DNA from: an uncultured Acidobacteriaceae bacterium
GTDB lineage: Bacteria > Acidobacteriota > Terriglobia > Bryobacterales > Bryobacteraceae
Assembly: GCA_963803455.1 (NCBI GenBank)
Contig: CAWDMK010000009.1
Span: forward strand, 358-64,357
Length of the DNA stretch: 64,000 nt
Reading direction: 5' to 3'
Shown: positions 58,901-64,000 of the stretch, piece by piece
Position numbering within the stretch: the stretch's first letter is position 1
Layout: each line of letters starts with the position of its first letter
Made by a program: the position numbers and the translations under genes
Notes under the pieces: generated by a model
Database searches by the model: none
Seen by the model: only the letters and a program-made list of their open reading frames with translations
What the model was told of the DNA's origin: nothing

Positions 58901-60478
58901 ATGTCTGCTCTTGCGACCCCCTCCACTGAATTAGCTCCCTTCAACAACGAGCCGTACACCGACTTCACAAAGCCGGACAAGGCATCTGCCGCGCGCGCCG
59001 TGCTTTCAAAAATTCGCGCCGACTTCGGAAAAGAATACGATCTTCTAATCGCCGGCGAGCGTCGCAAATCTTCTTCGAAGCTCGAATCCGCGAATCCGTC
59101 TAGGCCTTCTGAAATCGTCGGCATTCATCAAAAGGGATCTGAACAGGACGCGCGGGACGCGATTGAAGCGGCCTATTCGTATTTCCCGAAGTGGAGCGAA
59201 GTTCCTATAGACGAGCGCGCCAGGTTGCTGCTGCGGCTCGGTGAAGTTCTTCGCGAGCGCAAATACGAATTCGATGCCTGGCTGGTAGTCGAAGCCGGTA
59301 AGACGTGGGCGGAAGCCGAAGCCGACGTATCGGAAGCCATCGACTTCTGTGAATACTACGCCCGCCAAGCGCTCAAACTCGCGTCACCCGAGCCGACAGT
59401 CCAGCTTTCGGGCGAGCGCGACGAGATGGTGTATCTGCCGCTCGGCGTGGGCGTGATCATTCCGCCCTGGAATTTTCCTCTGGCGATACTGCTGGGAATG
59501 ACAACCGCCGCGCTCGTAACCGGCAACACAGTCGTGATCAAGCCTTCGAGCGAGACACCGACCGTTGCGGCTAAATTCGCCGAGGCGCTGCTCGAGGCAG
59601 GATTCCCACCGCAGAGCTTTTCTCTATTCACCGGTAGCGGTGCTGCCATCGGAGACATTCTTGTTTCGCATCCCAAGACCCGCTTTATTTCATTCACCGG
59701 ATCGCGCGATGTCGGGCTTCACATAAACGAACTCGCTGCGAAGACACCCAAAGGCCAGCTCTGGATCAAGCGTGTCATCGCGGAGATGGGCGGCAAAGAC
59801 GCCATCATTGTCGACCGCGAAACGGATCTCGATCAGGCCGTGGTTGGCGTCCTTTACTCCGCATTTGGCTATCAAGGGCAGAAGTGTTCGGCGTGTTCGC
59901 GCGCGATTGTCGACGAAGCTGTGTACGACGAGTTTCTGAATAAACTGAAGGCCAAAGCCGAGGCGCTCACGCTTGGCCCTTCGGATGAGCTCGGCAACTA
60001 CCTGGGGCCGGTCATTAGCAAGCGCGCGCAAAAGAGCATTCTCGATTACATCGAGACCGGCAAAAAAGAGGGGCGGCTGATTACAGGCGGTGAGCCTGCG
60101 AAAGGCGAAGGATATTTCATCAAGCCGACCGTTATCGCCGATGTAGATTCGAAGGCGCGTATCTTTCAGGAAGAGATCTTTGGACCTGTTCTCGCGGTGA
60201 CGAAAGCGCGCGATTTCGATCACGCTTTGCAGCTCGCGAACGATTCTGAGTACGGGCTGACGGGCGCGGTCTTCACAACCAATCCCGAAAAGATAAAAAA
60301 AGCCAAGCGGCAGTTCTTTGTCGGGAATCTGTACATCAACCGCAAATGCACCGGCGCCATGGTTGGGGCGCATCCGTTCGGCGGCTTTAATATGTCAGGG
60401 ACCGATTCGAAGGCCGGCGGCCCCGATTACCTGCTGCAGTTCGTGCAAGCCAAATCAATCGCCGAGAAGGTGAGCTGA
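58901..60478 (+). CDS. pruA: L-glutamate gamma-semialdehyde (1-pyrroline-5-carboxylate) dehydrogenase
   Basis: ALDH fold with EMGGKD and FGYQGQKCSACSR. The N-terminal FNNEPYTDF is typical of the RocA/PruA type. Confidence 0.85.
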   Translation: MSALATPSTELAPFNNEPYTDFTKPDKASAARAVLSKIRADFGKEYDLLIAGERRKSSSKLESANPSRPSEIVGIHQKGSEQDARDAIEAAYSYFPKWSEVPIDERARLLLRLGEVLRERKYEFDAWLVVEAGKTWAEAEADVSEAIDFCEYYARQALKLASPEPTVQLSGERDEMVYLPLGVGVIIPPWNFPLAILLGMTTAALVTGNTVVIKPSSETPTVAAKFAEALLEAGFPPQSFSLFTGSGAAIGDILVSHPKTRFISFTGSRDVGLHINELAAKTPKGQLWIKRVIAEMGGKDAIIVDRETDLDQAVVGVLYSAFGYQGQKCSACSRAIVDEAVYDEFLNKLKAKAEALTLGPSDELGNYLGPVISKRAQKSILDYIETGKKEGRLITGGEPAKGEGYFIKPTVIADVDSKARIFQEEIFGPVLAVTKARDFDHALQLANDSEYGLTGAVFTTNPEKIKKAKRQFFVGNLYINRKCTGAMVGAHPFGGFNMSGTDSKAGGPDYLLQFVQAKSIAEKVS

Positions 60479-60560
60479 TCAGGCGTTATACTCGATAATG
60501 CCCCGACACGAAGGGGACCATCTAGTCACAACTCTAGGGTCGAACACGATCGACGCGACA

Positions 60561-60584
60561 AAAGGGGACGCAAGTCCCCTTTTC
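60561..60584 (+). terminator. Rho-independent terminator after pruA
   Basis: aaaggggac-gcaa-gtcccctttt followed by tcgc. Confidence 0.75.
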
Positions 60585-60624
60585 GCTGATTTGACGTGTT
60601 GCAATCTTTAAGTGAGAAAGAATC

Positions 60625-61407
60625 TTGCATCGATCGTTCCCGGATTTGCACTCTCATATGAGGGTCGGCAGGTTGGAGTGGCTGGACACGGATAAGCCGA
60701 TGAGGAATAGGGCGAGCGCAACACAACTATGCCTATTGAAGCGGGTCGAATCCGCATACGAACCGATTAGCAGCGTGTGGGAGGGGAGCGACGGAGATCT
60801 GCTCGAAGCGATGTTTGAGTTCTACGCAACGATCCCGCCAGAGCCGATCTTGGATGCTACGTACAATGCAGGGCGGTTCTGGAAAGGCTCCACGCGCCGT
60901 GTAGTGTCGATGGACGTCGACCCGCAATACAAAACTGCGATCGTCGGCGACAATCGCAACATGATTGGTGTTCCGTCGGCACACTTTGGAGTCGTCGTTT
61001 ACGATCCTCCGCACGTTGGACCACAGGGACGGGACAAAAGCACGAAGCGCTTCGATGTAGATTTCGGAGCGAAAGTTGAGTGCGGCAAGAATCAGGATTG
61101 GAATTTGAGCTATCTGTACCCACCATTTCTGAAACAGGCCAAAAGAGTACTGAAACCTGACGGCCTACTGCTTGCAAAGATCACCGATATGGTCAACAAT
61201 CACAAATCGAAATGGCCGCACTGTGATTTCATGCGTATGGCTGAACACGCCGGGTTCACGGTATGCGATCTCATCGTGAAGATCAGGAATGGGCCGATGG
61301 TTTCTACAAAATGGAAGGAAGCTCATCACGCCAGAAAACGGCACTGCTTCTGGATCATCTGCCGCAACAGTGATGAGTGCGAACGACGATCATCGCCTCG
61401 GAAATAA
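60625..61407 (+). CDS. DNA amino-methyltransferase (N6-adenine or N4-cytosine), M subunit of a type II R-M pair
   Basis: Motif I-like ILDATYNAGRFW precedes motif IV VVYDPPH. The start is uncertain (TTG 60625, ATG 60658 or 60700). Sampled GC is about 47%. Confidence 0.65.
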   Translation: MHRSFPDLHSHMRVGRLEWLDTDKPMRNRASATQLCLLKRVESAYEPISSVWEGSDGDLLEAMFEFYATIPPEPILDATYNAGRFWKGSTRRVVSMDVDPQYKTAIVGDNRNMIGVPSAHFGVVVYDPPHVGPQGRDKSTKRFDVDFGAKVECGKNQDWNLSYLYPPFLKQAKRVLKPDGLLLAKITDMVNNHKSKWPHCDFMRMAEHAGFTVCDLIVKIRNGPMVSTKWKEAHHARKRHCFWIICRNSDECERRSSPRK

Positions 61408-61845
61408 CTCGTTCCATCTGCTCACACGGTGGGTGCCGGGACGCCCTTTGCCGGGCACCTTGCTCCCGAATCCACTTTCGTTCCATTCAGGGCGATAGTG
61501 TGTGATGAGCGCAAATTCGGCGGCGAATACCCACCACTCGCTCGAGAACGTCAGGTAGCGACACTTCATGTCCTCGAGTGTGATGTTCTGGCGGCCCTGG
61601 ATTTTTGCCGCATGTTCAGACAGCCGGGCGCGGAGAGTCCGTTTGCTTTTAGTCGTGCCCTTCGAAGCTTTGCCTACATAAACGATTTCTCCCTTGAAGT
61701 AAAGCGCATAAATTCCGCTGGCGTTCGGCCCAGTACGCTTGGTCAAAGCCAGTAACGGACTACCTTCTAATTTTTCGACAACCTGAGTTCTGATCCCGCG
61801 GTCAAGGTCGAAATCAAAATGATGTGAATCGCTTCGGGCATTCAC
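61390..61845 (-). CDS. GIY-YIG restriction endonuclease, Eco29kI-like
   Basis: SGIYALYF, GEIVYVGKA, RARLSEH, AAEFALITHYRPEWN then GFGSKVPGKGR..G: GIY-YIG catalytic residues in the arrangement I recall for the Eco29kI family. It converges on the MTase gene and overlaps it by 18 bp. Confidence 0.65.
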   Translation of the reverse strand: MNARSDSHHFDFDLDRGIRTQVVEKLEGSPLLALTKRTGPNASGIYALYFKGEIVYVGKASKGTTKSKRTLRARLSEHAAKIQGRQNITLEDMKCRYLTFSSEWWVFAAEFALITHYRPEWNESGFGSKVPGKGRPGTHRVSRWNELFPRR

Positions 61846-61975
61846 CCGCAGATCCTATCACGTTCCGAAGCATGTATTGACGCAACCGTTCAGAACACCC
61901 TCACGCCTCGCTATGGAGCCGCAACAATTCCCCTGATATAATGGCCGGGCTCTACCGAGTACAACAGAGGAAACT

Positions 61976-63349
61976 ATGCACCGTGCTTCCCCAGCTCGTT
62001 TTTTGCGAGCTTTTTCACTCTCCTGCGTTGCGGCCGCGATGCTCATCACATGCAGCACGACAGCCAATGCAGAATCACCCCGCCACGACCGTGACAAGGA
62101 CCGCGCCAAAATTCTCGCCGGATTTTTCGAAGAATGGAGTATCTATTACGCGGGTTACAACATCGCGAATTTACAGCAAAACGGCGTAGCCGACAAACTC
62201 ACGCATCTGATTTACGCCTTCGCGAACGTGTCCGCCGCGAGCGGTGCAACGCCGGGCGGATGCGTTATCGCAGATCCGTATGCCGACTATGGATCGCAGT
62301 ATCTGCCAAGCGTCAACGGACAGCCGTACACAGCGCCGCTGTATGGAAACTTCGGCGCGCTGCAGCAACTGAAGGGGCTGCACCCGAAACTCAAGCTGCT
62401 GATTTCAATCGGTGGCGCATCCGCGGTGAACACCGCAAACTTCGCGCAGGCTGCGAGCACGCAAGCCGGTCGAAGAGCGCTCGCGTCTTCCTGCATTGAC
62501 ATGTTCGTGAAGGGCAATATTGCACCCAAGATCACCGCTCCGAATTTTTTCGACGGTTTCAACATTGATTGGGAATTTCCGACCGCAGCCGACAAAGAGA
62601 ACTTCACGCTCCTGATCGATGAATTCCGCGATCAGTTAGACGCGTTGAGCGAGAAGACGGGCAAGAGATACGAATTGTCGTTCGACGGACCGGCAGGCTC
62701 GCAGAACTACACAAACATCGACCTCGCCGCCGCGGCCAGGCAAGTTGATTTCATCACGATCGATGGCTATAACTACGCGGGGTCGTGGGAGGATACCACC
62801 GACCATGCCTCGCCGCTTTTCGATTCGAGGCAGAATCCGTTTTACGGGCAGAAGCTCGATATTAATGACACGGTGAATGCGTATCTGAGGGCCGGCGTGC
62901 CCGGAAGGAAGTACGTCATGGGTGTGCCGCTCTACGGCGCGGGCTGGGCGGGCGTCCCCAGCACCAATCATGGCCTGTATCAGATGGCGACCGGCCCCTC
63001 GCCAGTTCCCAATGCGAACGGAGTCGGCACCTGCACGGATCTCTCAGGAAACACGCCTGGATGCGATCCTCTGCTCACGCCCGGCCTCGCGACCTTCGCG
63101 ACACTCGAAAATTTAACCTCTAACGGGTACAACCAGTATTTCGACGAGAAACGAATCGCCGTCTGGCTATATGATCCGACGAGCCAAATCTTCTATACCT
63201 ACGACGATCCGGTAACAGCGACTCTGAAGATGGTCTATGTCGATCTCAGAGGCTTGGGCGGCGGATTCGTGTGGGCGTTGAAAGATGACGATAAGAACGG
63301 AACCATGGTGAAGGCCATGTCAGAAGGTCTGTCTCTCGATCTTCGCTGA
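61976..63349 (+). CDS. Secreted GH18 chitinase
   Basis: Signal peptide and catalytic motif FDGFNIDWEFP (DGxDxDWE). Confidence 0.88.
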   Translation: MHRASPARFLRAFSLSCVAAAMLITCSTTANAESPRHDRDKDRAKILAGFFEEWSIYYAGYNIANLQQNGVADKLTHLIYAFANVSAASGATPGGCVIADPYADYGSQYLPSVNGQPYTAPLYGNFGALQQLKGLHPKLKLLISIGGASAVNTANFAQAASTQAGRRALASSCIDMFVKGNIAPKITAPNFFDGFNIDWEFPTAADKENFTLLIDEFRDQLDALSEKTGKRYELSFDGPAGSQNYTNIDLAAAARQVDFITIDGYNYAGSWEDTTDHASPLFDSRQNPFYGQKLDINDTVNAYLRAGVPGRKYVMGVPLYGAGWAGVPSTNHGLYQMATGPSPVPNANGVGTCTDLSGNTPGCDPLLTPGLATFATLENLTSNGYNQYFDEKRIAVWLYDPTSQIFYTYDDPVTATLKMVYVDLRGLGGGFVWALKDDDKNGTMVKAMSEGLSLDLR

Positions 63350-63388
63350 CCTTAACACCCATCCGAATTTCGCAGCGCATCCGGCAGC

Positions 63389-64000
63389 ATGGAAACCGGT
63401 CTAGCGAATCGCGTTGCCATTGTGGCTGCCGGAAGCCAGGGTATCGGGCGCGCAGCTGCGTTTGCATTAGCGGCTGAGCGCGCCCAAATCGCACTGTGTG
63501 CTCGGGGAAGAGAAGCTCTCGAAGAAACTTCCACCGCTATTCGCGAGCGCTTCGGTGTCAAGGTGCACGCCGAGACGCTCGACGTCGGCAACACGCCCGC
63601 GGTCAACGATTTTGTAAAGCGGGTCGACAAAGAGTTCGGCCGCGTCGATGTGTGCGTTACGAATGCGGGTGGGCCGCCCGCTAAATCGTTTTTGGAAACG
63701 ACGGACGAAGAGTGGGATCAGGCATTTTACCTGAATCTTCGCAGTGCGGCTGCGTTCTCTCGAGCTGTGATTCCGCGCATGCAACGCAACCGATGGGGCC
63801 GCATCATCACGATCAGCTCGATCACCGTTCGCCAGCCTCAGCCGCAACTGGTGCTTTCAAACGCCATTCGCGCAGGAGTGATGGGCCTCGTGCGGAGCCT
63901 TGCGAATGAATTCGGCAAAGACAACATTCTGGTCAATAATGTTGCGCCTGGCTACACCGCGACGGAGCGTCTAAAAGAGCTTTCCGCGCGGCGCGCATCG
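63389..64000 (+). CDS. SDR-family oxidoreductase (5' part, runs off the window)
   Basis: My own translation from ATG 63389 gives METGLANRVAIVAAGSQGIGRAAA...VTNAGG...NNVAPGYTATERL. It is open to the window end and absent from the supplied ORF track. Confidence 0.8.
   Translation, partial: METGLANRVAIVAAGSQGIGRAAAFALAAERAQIALCARGREALEETSTAIRERFGVKVHAETLDVGNTPAVNDFVKRVDKEFGRVDVCVTNAGGPPAKSFLETTDEEWDQAFYLNLRSAAAFSRAVIPRMQRNRWGRIITISSITVRQPQPQLVLSNAIRAGVMGLVRSLANEFGKDNILVNNVAPGYTATERLKELSARRAS

Overview
The window is a 64-kb chromosomal segment of about 58-60% GC. It reads like an Acidobacteriota genome (Solibacter/Bryobacter-like): it has an ADOP duplicated orphan permease, Gloeo_Verruco (GloVer) repeat proteins, many Sec/TAT-exported proteins and multihaem cytochromes.

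Housekeeping blocks:
- malQ-fdhD at 8.7-11.1 kb.
- A split lptC/A-like, lptB, rpoN, hpf, rapZ cluster at 11.4-19.9 kb.
- groES-groEL at 20.1-22.1 kb.
- tRNA-Met(CAU), parB, parA, mnmG, purD, tRNA-Arg(CCU), comEC, ytxH and pruA at 50.8-60.5 kb.

Accessory content:
- A RAYT/IS200-like Y1 transposase with a 24-bp repeat.
- vapBC, a decayed brnT plus brnA, and a DUF433/DUF5615 pair.
- An Rhs toxin with a membrane immunity gene.
- A low-GC GmrSD-like (DUF262+DUF1524) type IV restriction gene.
- A low-GC type II R-M pair (GIY-YIG Eco29kI-like nuclease plus DPPH amino-methyltransferase).
- A cytochrome c plus PQQ-propeller pair.

I saw no rRNA, CRISPR array, integrase or prophage.

Most interesting observations:
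1. A secreted peroxiredoxin has TGA exactly at the peroxidatic Cys codon, followed by a SECIS-like hairpin. It is a candidate selenoprotein.
2. The Rhs protein has an unassignable 148-aa C-terminal domain and an overlapping 4-TM immunity gene.
3. The convergent, overlapping GIY-YIG/amino-MTase R-M module.
4. A 2.45-kb cassette is bracketed by roughly 200-bp direct repeats that duplicate a promoter and TAT leader.

Major caveat: at least 15 genes, including essential ones, are broken by single indels. Consensus errors are the more likely cause, so pseudogene calls need read-level confirmation. All functional calls rest on motifs recognised by eye; no database search was run.
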